A stretch of 64,000 nt of DNA from Candidatus Wolfebacteria bacterium GW2011_GWB1_47_1 (GTDB lineage Bacteria; Patescibacteriota; Minisyncoccia; UBA6257; UBA9933): NCBI GenBank assembly GCA_001029635.1, contig CP011209.1, positions 80,983 through 144,982 on the forward strand, read 5' to 3'. Shown piece by piece: positions 20,984 through 30,595 of this stretch. The notes under the pieces are model-generated. The model ran no database searches. It worked only from the letters and a program-made list of their open reading frames with translations, and had not been told where the DNA came from. Position 1 is the first letter of the stretch; each line of letters opens with the position of its first letter. The position numbers and the translations under genes were made by a program.

Positions 20984-21594
20984 ACGCTTGAATATTTATC
21001 CTTAGTTATTTCAACACCTATCTGAGCTCTTCCATTCTCAAGATAAGAAAACCAGACATTATTATCCGAGGAGTTTGAATCTTTTTCCAACTTCGCCTTC
21101 CCTAAATAATCAAGCAGCGTCTCAAACTTTCCCTCCGCACGAATCCGATCGAGATTTGCTATCAGCATGTCCTGCCGCTTCTGCGGTTCAATCACAAAAT
21201 ATTTTTCCGCTTGCTCAATGTCGCCTTTTTTTAACGCCGCAGTAAATAACTGCAACGTTTCTTCCGGCGTTGCGCCGCCATCCTTGTCATTCTTCAACCG
21301 CTCTTGCAGTTCGCTCATCGCTTGCTGATTGCGCTCCATGCCCTCCACAAATTCCATATCCTCCTGCTTCTGTATGTACATACCAATGGCAGGGATGCCG
21401 ATAAATCCGACCAATAACAATGCAAAAAATCCTCCAATAAACTTCCAATAATGGTTTTTGATCGAGCCTTGCTCACTGTTCCCATTAGTTCCCTTATCCC
21501 GTTGTTCCGTCCCCGCAATGCCGTTCTCCCCTAAAAGCTCTGCGTCCTTTTCCAAATATTGTGCAATAATACCTTCCTTTTGCTGTTCTTCCAT
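20956..21594 (-). CDS. Single-TM hypothetical protein, overlapping the start of the LTD gene
   Basis: One TM segment, then GGATPEETLQLF..ALKKGDIEQA.KYF and terminal WKI; start uncertain (21594 or 21609). Confidence 0.75.
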   Translation of the reverse strand: MEEQQKEGIIAQYLEKDAELLGENGIAGTEQRDKGTNGNSEQGSIKNHYWKFIGGFFALLLVGFIGIPAIGMYIQKQEDMEFVEGMERNQQAMSELQERLKNDKDGGATPEETLQLFTAALKKGDIEQAEKYFVIEPQKRQDMLIANLDRIRAEGKFETLLDYLGKAKLEKDSNSSDNNVWFSYLENGRAQIGVEITKDKYSSVWKIENLAF

Positions 21595-21603
21595 AGTTTT
21601 CTT

Positions 21604-21773
21604 TGTCATTCCTGCGCATGCAGAAATCCATTACCCTAATTAATTTTTCCTAACCTTTTACGTCGTCATTCCGATCTCATTCGACAGGCTCAGGGCAAAC
21701 TCCGAAGTACTCTTCGGAGTCGAGGAATTTGTTGCAGATTAGTCGACTGCACTCCCTTTCGCTCGGGATGACA
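21604..21773. repeat. Cluster of decayed REP-like palindromes
   Basis: TGTCATTCCTGCGCATGCAGAAATCCA at 21604; GTCATTCCG...TCCGAAGTACTCTTCGGA...CGGGATGACA at 21665-21772. Confidence 0.55.
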
Positions 21774-21942
21774 GAGTGGGCAAGCTCACAAAATAAAAAC
21801 GGGCGTCAAAGACCCCGCATTCCAAAAAAATTACTGAATAAAGTTGTTGTCGATCATCTTCTTCATCTGTCGATAACAAAGTGAAATAGAGAAACGACGC
21901 AAGTGGATACAGTATACCATACTTTTATTTTGTATGCACAAA

Positions 21943-22945
21943 TATGTACGTCATCTGATGACGTACATACCGGAATATTATTTTTCCAGAAGAACATCAT
22001 ATATTTCTCCAATACTGATATCCTTCACCCATTGATCCAACGCCTGCGCATACCCCTTCTCTCCTCCAAAAAATTCGAGCAGCAATTCTCGCTGTGTAAC
22101 CGATGGAAAGTTTTTCTTTCCTAAATAATCCAAGTGACTCGACCACCGATAATTCTCCAAGTAACTCATCGCATCAGCATGATTATGTACAGCACGCTCT
22201 CGCCACCCATAATCAAACATATCGAGTGGATTTAAGTGAATATAATATGGCAGATGAACAAAATGTGCATGCGCCGTAACTAATATCGACTTATATCTCC
22301 CTTCAAATAGTGTCCCTTTTCGTTCATATCGTTCATTAAAATATCGCGAATACCCCATATTTAATTTCTTCATAAACTTCGAGATGCCACCTTCGATCGC
22401 GGGACTAAGTAATAGATGATAATGATTTGGCATTAAACAGAAAGCATGAATATGAACCAAAAGCTTCCGGGTATGTCCTTCATCTATGGCGATATGTCCT
22501 TCGTCGGCTATTTGCTTGGCTTTTTCGAAAATGCGGTGACTCGTACCAACAGATTCAACGTCATTAAACTCATAAAGGTCATGAATAAATCTAAGATAAT
22601 CAAAAGTATCCTTAAAAATTTCTCGCTTATCGACTCCCCGAGTCAACGCATGATAAAGATCTGCCATATAATACATCGTACTACAATACACGCGCCATCG
22701 CTACATATGTACGTCATCTGATGACGTGCATATGTAGATGAGAAGCGCCTTCAGAAGCTTTCCTACTCCGCGCTCATAGGTTTATCGTATATGTCATATA
22801 TCATGGCTAATTTGACCCATTTTATGGCATTAAAGGGCACGACAAATACCTTATCACATCGCTTTATATACCTGTTAACTATTTTTCAGTCTAGCATAAG
22901 GGAATCCCACCTGATGCGGAATGTACGTCATCAGATGACGTACAT
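21943..22945. repeat. Three copies of palindrome ATGTACGTCATC-W-GATGACGTACAT flanking the Y1 transposase
   Basis: 21943-21969 (13-bp arms), 22701-22737 (18-bp arms, 1 mismatch), 22921-22945 (inverted orientation). Confidence 0.88.
21978..22667 (-). mobile_element. IS200/RAYT-like HUH (Y1) tyrosine transposase
   Basis: YHALTRG, FCLMPNHYHLL (HUH), GTLFEGRYKS, YIHLNP, YRWSS; flanked by REP-like palindromes; start uncertain. Confidence 0.9.
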
Positions 22946-23057
22946 ATTTTTATAAAACAAAAGACCCACACATTGTGTGGGTCTTTTGAAAGTATTTTAT
23001 TGCTTCGTGGTCATCATATACATAATCCTGCCTTCGCAGTCATGCACATGTCTTGCG

Positions 23058-23225
23058 TCAACCATGAAGTTTTTTGCTTATTCGCATCTGGCGAATAAGT
23101 ACATGGGATTTGATTTGGTTGTCCCGACTCCCTTTTGTCAAAGACGAAAGGCTTGCGTGAATCGGAGCCAAACGATTGTTTAGTTCTTTTATCCTTTGCG
23201 ATAAAAGATTCAAAGTTTTGTTCAT
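23058..23225 (-). CDS. Possible 55-aa basic peptide
   Basis: ATG directly at the end of the structured element; MNKTLNLLSQRIKELNNRL...; no recognised homology. Confidence 0.3.
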   Translation of the reverse strand: MNKTLNLLSQRIKELNNRLAPIHASLSSLTKGSRDNQIKSHVLIRQMRISKKLHG

Positions 23226-23356
23226 ATCGGTTTTCCCGGACCACCCTCCCCTAGACGAATCAAGGGGAGAATGACCTGGGTCACACACACCTATTACAGG
23301 AGTAGTGAGACCGATATTCAGAATTGGTTTCCTCAAGCCGCCGAAGCGACTTGAGG
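23224..23356 (-). ncRNA. Candidate structured RNA downstream of the S-layer-like gene
   Basis: On the minus strand: cUUCGg hairpin (23331-23356), then a junction closed by AUAUCGGU/ACCGAUAU containing a 21-bp UUCG-capped stem with G-U pairs. Confidence 0.45.
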
Positions 23357-23387
23357 ATAGAGTTCAGTCAAACGATAAGCAAGAAGC

Positions 23388-26300
23388 TTATTGTCGTACT
23401 GAGTAGCTCTGGGTTGGGAAGTTATACAAGTTGGCAGCAGTCAATCCAAGTCCGCCTCCTGTTACATCATCCCAAAGGAAATTCGTGGTTCCCTGCACCT
23501 GTGCAGAAACTGCAGCAGTTGCACCTGAAGATACTACGCCGCCAGTGTTGGTTGCGAAGAGGCTAAAGGTCTTCGAGGTTCCCGCCGGGATGGAATATCC
23601 ATCGCTGGTGGTTGCGGTATCACCAAAGTCAACAGTGATGACCGGGGAAGTGGTCGAAGTGGTGGTTGTTGCGGTCGTTCCGCTGATGGTCGTTGAACCA
23701 TCTGCGATGCGAACAGCCGAGAGAGCAGGACCAGTGCTGAATCCTGAGTATCCAATGTTGAATACCAACTTGTTCAGCTTGATGTCACCCTTTGCGTCAG
23801 CAATGACGGTGACTTCTCCGATCTTGTTCTCAGAACCAAGCAACAATCCGCCCTGCTGAGTTCCATTGACGGTCAAGCTCGGCTTAGAAGCAACGAGCTG
23901 CATCGCATTGGAAACAAGCGTGGTGGAAGCTGTGGTCAAAGTAGCAGAAGTGTTTCCACTGGTGTACTTAACAGCAGTAAGCGTGATGGTATCAACCGCA
24001 GCAGACTGCGAAGCGATTCCACCATTCGTGTTAACGTTACCAAAGGTTACGTCAACAGCAATGTTCAATCCAGAAGCACCGGCCGGAACAGCAATGTTCA
24101 AACCAGTTACTACATTACCTGAAGTTGCAGTGATCGTCTTGGTAACTCCACCAACCTTGAGCGCAGTGATTGCGTCGGTTGAAGTAGCTACGTCGAAGGT
24201 CAACTCAGTGATTGTTACCGGAGCAGTTGAAGCCTTTACGTTATAGGTAACGGTCGGCATAACGGTTCCAGAAACAACGAGCTGGCTCGGAGCAGACGAC
24301 GAAAGCTTAGTTACATCAGCCGCTACGAGAGTTGCCGTGTTGGCAGTCATCGAAACGCCAGTTGCAGCTGCGGTCGTCGAAACACCTGAGCTGATTCCGC
24401 GGTATGAAGAAGTTGCGTTCGTAAGAACAGATGCTGTTGAAGAAGCAGAAGCTCCAAGATCAGCAGTAACTTCAAATACCTTGGTCGAATTCATCGGGAC
24501 AACAACATCCATCGTGAAGTTGTTGGCCGCAGTCGGCTGAGCAACGATGGTTGCTGAGTCGGTTACGCGCAAGTTGGAGATGTTCGAAAGAGCCATCTGT
24601 CCTGCGGTAACAACCAAACCAACTGCCATGTTCGTGACTCGGACATCCTCGTAGTTAGAGTTCGAGATCGTGAACGATCCAAGCTTAACATTCGAGTTCG
24701 GAGTAACGGTCTGGCCCAAGAATCCTCCAGTCTTGCTAAAGGAAACAGTAGCAGAACCAATGGTCAAGTTCTTTCCGGTTGCAGAAGCGCTCGTGGCAGT
24801 AGCCTGAGACTGCTGTCCGCGTCCAACAAAGGAGGTTACGTCAACCTGCACAGATCCTGCGGTGTAGTTGTTGCCAGCTCCATCGCGCAAATCTCCGCGC
24901 ACTTCAAGGGTAACAGTTCCAGCTGCCGGGATGATCATGTTTGCGCCCGGAGTGAATGTAAGGGTTCCAGAAGTCCAGTTCTGTGAAGAACCGACTGCTA
25001 CGCCATTTACATACAACGTTGCATTCTGGATCTTAGCACCGGAAACATATCCAGTGAAGGTTCCAGACGGGGTCAAAACCAACGTTTCGATCTTAACATC
25101 TTCTCCGTATGCCTTGAAAGCAAACTTACCAAGGATAACATTTGAAGATCCACCCACTACCTGAGTAGCAGAGTAAGACTGATCCTGGTTAACCGTTACG
25201 GTCCCCTTCTGGATCTGGAAGTTGTAACCATAGACGTTAGCTCCACTGATCGGGGCGATAAACGCACCCATAACCTGTGAATCCTCAATCATATAGTCAG
25301 CCAAGTTCTGTATATAGAACTGAGCAGATCGATCTGAACCCTTTACGAAGTCGCCGCGCAACTCAATAGTGCGGTTGCCAGCAGCCATATTTACCGGAGA
25401 TCCGGAGAAGTCGAAGGCAACAAGGCCATTCGCATTCACAGTCGCAGTAGAACCAACCTTTACACTATCAACAAAGACGGAAAGGTTTGCAACTGAATCA
25501 GATGAAGCAGAACCGACGTACTTGAAGGTGATTCCCTTCAATACAACGGCGCGAGTTCCAATAGTAAAGGTTGAATTCCAAACGCTCTGGTTAACTGCAC
25601 CAGCATCTACGTTCAAGTTGGTGTTCCCTTGGCTGTTGGTCTGCAAGGTTACAGTAGCCAATGAAGCGGCCGAGATCTGCATCGTATTACCCTTTACGCC
25701 GGTAACTGCAGTTGCAGTTCCACCGCTCATGGTGTACGAAACAACTTCGATCGCAACAGTGGTCTGGCTTGTTGTAGCTGTCGAAGGAACATCTCCTCGG
25801 ATCTCGATAGCCTTTGGAGAAGTGAACAATCCAGACGGATTGTTGAAGGTGATCATGCCTTCTGCATTGATGGAAGCTGCATCAGAGATGCGGGTATTTC
25901 CATCGTACAAGTAGACATTAGTCAACACATCATTGGTCGAAAGACCAGTGCGGCGGAGCTGCAAGTTGGTAACTGCACCGGTTCCTGAGAACTGGAGAGA
26001 AACCATACGAGCGGCTGCCTGTCCTGCTACGATGTATCCTGCTGCCGGGTTATTGGAAGCGAGAGATACCGGACCGGTTGCGGTCGGAGTAGTAGGAGTA
26101 GTAGGAGTAGTCGGAGTGGTCGGAGTGGTCGGAGTTGTGCTCGTCATCATTCCGTTTACTTTGCCGCGAGTCAACGCGCCAAAGTATCCAACTGCTGGGG
26201 AAATGCCGTTAGCTGCCTGGAACTTTGCCAAAGCTGCTTTAGTTGCATTACCGAAGTAAGCGGTCGGGGTTGCGAGAACCAGGTGTCCTTGTGCAACAAG

Positions 26301-26552
26301 GAACTTCTGGAGCTCAGTGACATCTGCTCCACGTGAACCAACAGTGAGGTTGCGGGTAAACGTGTACGACGATGTCATTGTCGTTGCCGGAGTTCCGGAC
26401 AACTGAGTGTTGAGGGCATTGATCTGGGCCATCAAGGCTGCGATCTGTGCCTGCAACTCTTCAGTCGTCGCGGCCGAAGCCGGAGCTGCTACGCCTGCCA
26501 ACAAGGCAAACGAGAGCACAACGATGGAAAGTTTTTTAAATACTTTACTCAT
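23388..26552 (-). CDS. S-layer-like/peptidoglycan-binding surface protein (1054 aa)
   Basis: Signal peptide, EELQAQIAALMAQI coil, FTRNLTVGSRGADVTELQKFL...YFG..T PG-binding domain, (PTT)n linker, Thr/Ser/Gly-rich beta repeats. Confidence 0.85.
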   Translation of the reverse strand: MSKVFKKLSIVVLSFALLAGVAAPASAATTEELQAQIAALMAQINALNTQLSGTPATTMTSSYTFTRNLTVGSRGADVTELQKFLVAQGHLVLATPTAYFGNATKAALAKFQAANGISPAVGYFGALTRGKVNGMMTSTTPTTPTTPTTPTTPTTPTATGPVSLASNNPAAGYIVAGQAAARMVSLQFSGTGAVTNLQLRRTGLSTNDVLTNVYLYDGNTRISDAASINAEGMITFNNPSGLFTSPKAIEIRGDVPSTATTSQTTVAIEVVSYTMSGGTATAVTGVKGNTMQISAASLATVTLQTNSQGNTNLNVDAGAVNQSVWNSTFTIGTRAVVLKGITFKYVGSASSDSVANLSVFVDSVKVGSTATVNANGLVAFDFSGSPVNMAAGNRTIELRGDFVKGSDRSAQFYIQNLADYMIEDSQVMGAFIAPISGANVYGYNFQIQKGTVTVNQDQSYSATQVVGGSSNVILGKFAFKAYGEDVKIETLVLTPSGTFTGYVSGAKIQNATLYVNGVAVGSSQNWTSGTLTFTPGANMIIPAAGTVTLEVRGDLRDGAGNNYTAGSVQVDVTSFVGRGQQSQATATSASATGKNLTIGSATVSFSKTGGFLGQTVTPNSNVKLGSFTISNSNYEDVRVTNMAVGLVVTAGQMALSNISNLRVTDSATIVAQPTAANNFTMDVVVPMNSTKVFEVTADLGASASSTASVLTNATSSYRGISSGVSTTAAATGVSMTANTATLVAADVTKLSSSAPSQLVVSGTVMPTVTYNVKASTAPVTITELTFDVATSTDAITALKVGGVTKTITATSGNVVTGLNIAVPAGASGLNIAVDVTFGNVNTNGGIASQSAAVDTITLTAVKYTSGNTSATLTTASTTLVSNAMQLVASKPSLTVNGTQQGGLLLGSENKIGEVTVIADAKGDIKLNKLVFNIGYSGFSTGPALSAVRIADGSTTISGTTATTTTSTTSPVITVDFGDTATTSDGYSIPAGTSKTFSLFATNTGGVVSSGATAAVSAQVQGTTNFLWDDVTGGGLGLTAANLYNFPTQSYSVRQ

Positions 26553-26592
26553 TTTAATGTTTATTCTTTTTCAGCGGCAACGAGAGTAGTAC

Positions 26593-26619
26593 TGGATTCC
26601 CATTTTCACGGGAATGACA
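26593..26619. repeat. REP-like palindrome (reverse orientation)
   Basis: TGGATTCCCATTTTCACGGGAATGACA. Confidence 0.6.
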
Positions 26620-26980
26620 AATAGTTCATTCGTTGTTCGCTTTTGTGTTTTTCAGTAATTCTGAATGGTTAATTTCAATTCTAATTCAATTCGGTCTCAG
26701 AAAGTAATCGCCCCATCAATCGACCAACAGCCGAACCGGTGTGAGGTAAGGTGGCGGTTTGATCAAGGGATACTCTGATTTCTTTCCTCGCACTCGCCGA
26801 ACCGAAGTTCGGCAAGAACGCGAAAGCCTCGCCGGAGCGAGGCTAAATAAGATTCCAAAGAAACGCACAAAAACATCACAATGGATGCCTTTGTGCCTAT
26901 CCCCCACCACCGTGTATGCACAAGGTGTGCGGGGAATTTTTAGAATCTTGGTTTAGCCTCACTCCAAACCAGTTATATAC

Positions 26981-27008
26981 ATTGTAAAGTATGCATGCAC
27001 TTTGTCAA
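26981..27008 (-). promoter_or_regulatory. Sigma70-like promoter for the S-layer-like gene
   Basis: TTGACA-N16-TACAAT on the minus strand; spacer is quasi-palindromic. Confidence 0.55.
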
Positions 27009-27129
27009 CAACTGAGACCAGCCAGCGACTAGTATGCATCCATACTTAAGATAACGGTGCTGTCCTGTATTTGTTACACAAACACAGGACAGCGACAAAT
27101 AACTTATAACGAATGACAGGAAATGCAGA

Positions 27130-27166
27130 AAAACAAAGGGTCCGCCGTAGGCGGACCCTTTGTTTT
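27130..27166. terminator. Bidirectional intrinsic terminator
   Basis: AAAACAAAGGGTCCGCC-GTA-GGCGGACCCTTTGTTTT. Confidence 0.75.
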
Positions 27167-27195
27167 GTCATAAGTTATCAGTCACTAGTCGCTGG

Positions 27196-28188
27196 TTATT
27201 TCGCCCGATACGCAGCCCCCGGACCGGTAGATCCGATACGATCAATGGATCCGTTATCCACAAGCTTTTGCAGATAGAAACGAATGGTTCGCTCGCTGAT
27301 CTCGGGGAAGTTTGCAGTCAGCTCTTTAGTGGTGGTCTGTCCAAGATCCTTCACCTTTTGCAGGATAACATTCTGCCATGAGCCAGTTGTGGCGACTTGC
27401 GCTTGCCTGGTCGGGGTAATGACCGGAGCAGTAGTCGCGACTGGTCGGGACTGCGCCGGGACTGCCGGACTCTGCGCGATGAACTCAGACTGCCGAGCTG
27501 ATTGAGTAGGCTGAACAACCTCCTGTACTGCCGATTGCATGAATTGATTCAAAGGATTGGCATTTGCCGATATTGCCGAATTTGATCCTCCATCCGCCGT
27601 GATGCTTGGGCGAGTAGCTACGGAAAGCAATTGTTCAATACTGCCGAATTGGCTTGCCTTGTCCTGAGTTTGCCGAATGGCTGAATTATCAACGCCCTGT
27701 TTCTGAACGCTCTGAATTCCAGATTCCGCCGGAACAGCAAGAGAGGCGCTTAGGATAGTCGAGGCAATACTTGCCGAATTGGCATTCGGCAATCCGTTGT
27801 CGGTTGTGAGTTGTAGGTTATTTGTATATGCCGAATTGGTAAACATACTATCCAGCGATACAGAAATGTTCTTCTTGTCTCGACGCTCGGAAATCTCGAA
27901 TCGAATGGCCTTCGACAAATTATCAAGTTCTCGGTACAGGACACTCGCATTCACGGATGCGATCTGCCCAACGGACTCTGCCAAACGAATCAAAGAAGTT
28001 AGCTTCTCGATACGGGGAGATTCGTTTTCCGCTACCTCTAATAGGGTTCCGGGGTCGACGGTGAGCTCAACAGCCGCAGCTTCAACCTCCTTGCGCAACT
28101 TGTCTTGAGTGAACAATTCAGTACATCGGAATACTGCCCACGAAAGTTCGAAGGTCTGCGTCTTAATAAACTCGTAGTTGCTGATCAT
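27196..28188 (-). CDS. DNA-binding protein: helical N-terminal domain, low-complexity linker, C-terminal DeoR-like winged HTH
   Basis: C-terminal TTKELTANFPEISERTIRFYLQKLVDNGSIDRIG; ATG 6 nt after TACAAT. Confidence 0.75.
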   Translation of the reverse strand: MISNYEFIKTQTFELSWAVFRCTELFTQDKLRKEVEAAAVELTVDPGTLLEVAENESPRIEKLTSLIRLAESVGQIASVNASVLYRELDNLSKAIRFEISERRDKKNISVSLDSMFTNSAYTNNLQLTTDNGLPNANSASIASTILSASLAVPAESGIQSVQKQGVDNSAIRQTQDKASQFGSIEQLLSVATRPSITADGGSNSAISANANPLNQFMQSAVQEVVQPTQSARQSEFIAQSPAVPAQSRPVATTAPVITPTRQAQVATTGSWQNVILQKVKDLGQTTTKELTANFPEISERTIRFYLQKLVDNGSIDRIGSTGPGAAYRAK

Positions 28189-28194
28189 GGGGGT

Positions 28195-28224
28195 ATTGTA
28201 TACGGCAGTTCGGCAAGGTGTCAA
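28195..28224 (-). promoter_or_regulatory. Promoter of the wHTH gene with a TGCCGAA site in its spacer
   Basis: TTGACA-N18-TACAAT, ATG 6 nt downstream, no SD. Confidence 0.6.
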
Positions 28225-28298
28225 CACCTATATCTGATTCGGCATTAAAGTAATGAAAAGGCCGGCATAAGCCGGCCATAATGAGAAGGAAGTGTGCA

Positions 28299-28652
28299 TT
28301 AGACCAAAAAGCATCTATGCCGCACACGAAGAAAGGAAAGGGCCATATCGGTATCCTCCGACCAGCGCAAATCTCGCAAATACAGCTCGGGGGTTGCCCA
28401 GCACGCGATTGCCTTACGCAACGAAGGGAATGCCGCGACTAGACCAACGACGGCCATCGACCCGGCTTCGGACAGAAGGCCAAGCTTTTCGTCGCGCACG
28501 CAAATGGCGCGCAACGATACATACATATCCTTACTACACATTGGCGATGCTCCGATGTGTCGAGTAAGCACAGCCTCTCCCCTACTAAAGATGACTTTCA
28601 AAACCGAGGTTTGTGCCCCGACCTGAGTTACCAAATAATAAACTCCGTTCAC
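28299..28652 (-). CDS. Hypothetical protein, paralog of 28879-29271
   Basis: GTG after GAGGAGG; shares LxxAFxSxxxAxxC[WY]...DxRW pattern with its neighbour. Confidence 0.65.
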   Translation of the reverse strand: MNGVYYLVTQVGAQTSVLKVIFSRGEAVLTRHIGASPMCSKDMYVSLRAICVRDEKLGLLSEAGSMAVVGLVAAFPSLRKAIACWATPELYLRDLRWSEDTDMALSFLRVRHRCFLV

Positions 28653-28878
28653 GCATCCTCCTCTACAAATAGATAATAGCTGCCCGAAGGATACGGTAAA
28701 TAACACACCTGGTCAACCCAGAAAAATTCGGCAAAGCGTATCGCATTATTCGGCAATATGTGAACTTGTACTGAGTCCGCCGAAATATTGCCGAATTCGG
28801 CAAAGCGCATAAATACTAGAGTATATACATGCCGAACAAAAAAAGAGCGGCCGAAGCCGCTCTGTGCGTAGTACTCGA

Positions 28879-29271
28879 TCAGACCGTGAGTTCAACTACT
28901 CCGAAAGAGCACCGCTGACCAGGAGCTGTCTTAAAGAGTCCCAGAACCTCGGCGGTGAACCCAGCCCAACGGGAATCGCAGGGTCGAACATCCATGACGC
29001 CGTAACATTCCGTTGCCCTGGAGAAGGAGGTGAACGCGCCGATGAGCTTGCGTGTCACCTCTTCTGCATTTCCGTAGAACGTCATCCGGTCTGCCGAAAG
29101 GGTTACTTTACGTAACTCCTTTTCGGAGATCAGTGACGTCGCGCCGCTTCTCCCCCTGGCCATCTTCTCGCTCAGCATAAGAATGCCGTCGCGCTGGTCA
29201 ACCGAGTACAGGATCCGATGTTCCGGAGCCTCCACCGCAACTGCAACGAAATACAACTTTCTGTCTGGCAT
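28879..29271 (-). CDS. Hypothetical protein, paralog of 28299-28652
   Basis: ATG after AAGGAGG; own terminator at about 28837-28863. Confidence 0.7.
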   Translation of the reverse strand: MPDRKLYFVAVAVEAPEHRILYSVDQRDGILMLSEKMARGRSGATSLISEKELRKVTLSADRMTFYGNAEEVTRKLIGAFTSFSRATECYGVMDVRPCDSRWAGFTAEVLGLFKTAPGQRCSFGVVELTV

Positions 29272-29383
29272 ATGATTCCTCCTTGGAAGGTGCGGTACAT
29301 AGGTCAGATTGACCGTTGGTATACTATACTCACATATTGATAACGATGTCAAAAAAGACGCCTCACTAAGAGGCGCCTTTTGG

Positions 29384-30595
29384 CTAGCCATCCCCGTTCT
29401 TTAACTTAAGAAACACGGGGATTGTAATCGCAAGGGCGACACCCGAAACGATCCAAGCGGTCGAGATCGAGTAGTACTTTGCCAACCACCCGCCAACCAC
29501 CAGGCCGATAAACGCACCTGCATTGTTGACCATCGAGTCGAAGGACAAAATTGTCGCACGCTGCTTGCTCGGGATACGCTTGTTCATGTACGCCCGCTTA
29601 AGTGGAACAATCATTCCCCGACCAATCTCGTGAACAAGAAATGCGGGCAGAACAATCCACGCTCCGACCATACATGCTGCGACAAGTACGCCAGCGGTGG
29701 TAATGGCCTGAGACAAAATGAGCGCCCGCTTTTCATTCCCAACACGCTCCATGAATTTGCGAGAGAGGAAGCTGCCAAGCATGACGAATATCGATATGCC
29801 CACATACCCCCAACTAAGCCCCATAGTGTTAAAAGAAAAATCCTGCACAAGACGCAACTGCCATTGCATATTCAATGGCTGCACGCACATCGTAATGAGG
29901 GATCCGAAGATAACCACATAGAGTACCGATTTGCGCCTAACCCCATAGCGAATACTTTCGACAATGACCGTTCGAATCACAGAGAGGCTAAACGTGAACT
30001 GTTTACGCTCAAAGTATTCCTCCCTCATGATGCAAAGCGCAACAATGCCAAGCACGAACAATCCAACGCTCGAATAGAGCCAGGGCAACGCCAAGTCGCC
30101 CTGGGCGATATACCCTCCCAGCAGGCTACCGATAATACTGCCAATGCGTACAACATACTGCTCGCGACGAAAGATGCTATGCAACTGTCCCCGCATACCA
30201 GTATGCTTTACCGAATCAACGGCCCACGCCTCGAGCGAACCCGAACAGAAGGCAGACCCTGCAGCTCCTATAAGCTCAGCAAGGACACACATCCAGAACG
30301 AATCAGCCATATAATAGATTCCCATGGCAGCAGAAAGCACGAAGCAAGCAGCGATGAACGAATTTCTTCGCCCCAAAACATCTGCATACGCTCCCGTAGG
30401 AATCTCCATGCAGAATACCCCTACCACAAAGAAACAATTGACGAGATTCATCTGCAGCAGATCGAATCCTTTTGCGATAAGGAATACGGAATAGGTAGAA
30501 AAGATAAATGAGAGTGCAGTGGTAAAACATCCCGAGAACAGGTAGTACTGCCAAACAATACTTCGCACCTTGTGCCGATCGATAGACTGCCGCAT
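29384..30595 (-). CDS. MFS transporter
   Basis: About 12 TM segments, EIPTGAYADVLGRR, IPSKQRATILS; AGGAGG SD. Confidence 0.9.
   Translation of the reverse strand: MRQSIDRHKVRSIVWQYYLFSGCFTTALSFIFSTYSVFLIAKGFDLLQMNLVNCFFVVGVFCMEIPTGAYADVLGRRNSFIAACFVLSAAMGIYYMADSFWMCVLAELIGAAGSAFCSGSLEAWAVDSVKHTGMRGQLHSIFRREQYVVRIGSIIGSLLGGYIAQGDLALPWLYSSVGLFVLGIVALCIMREEYFERKQFTFSLSVIRTVIVESIRYGVRRKSVLYVVIFGSLITMCVQPLNMQWQLRLVQDFSFNTMGLSWGYVGISIFVMLGSFLSRKFMERVGNEKRALILSQAITTAGVLVAACMVGAWIVLPAFLVHEIGRGMIVPLKRAYMNKRIPSKQRATILSFDSMVNNAGAFIGLVVGGWLAKYYSISTAWIVSGVALAITIPVFLKLKNGDG

Noticed and set aside
26084-26141. 9-bp tandem repeat as a phase-variation locus
   Set aside because: In-frame (PTT)n linker with synonymous variation; length change would not shift the frame
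29630-30511. 293-aa plus-strand ORF
   Set aside because: Antisense to the MFS gene, no motifs
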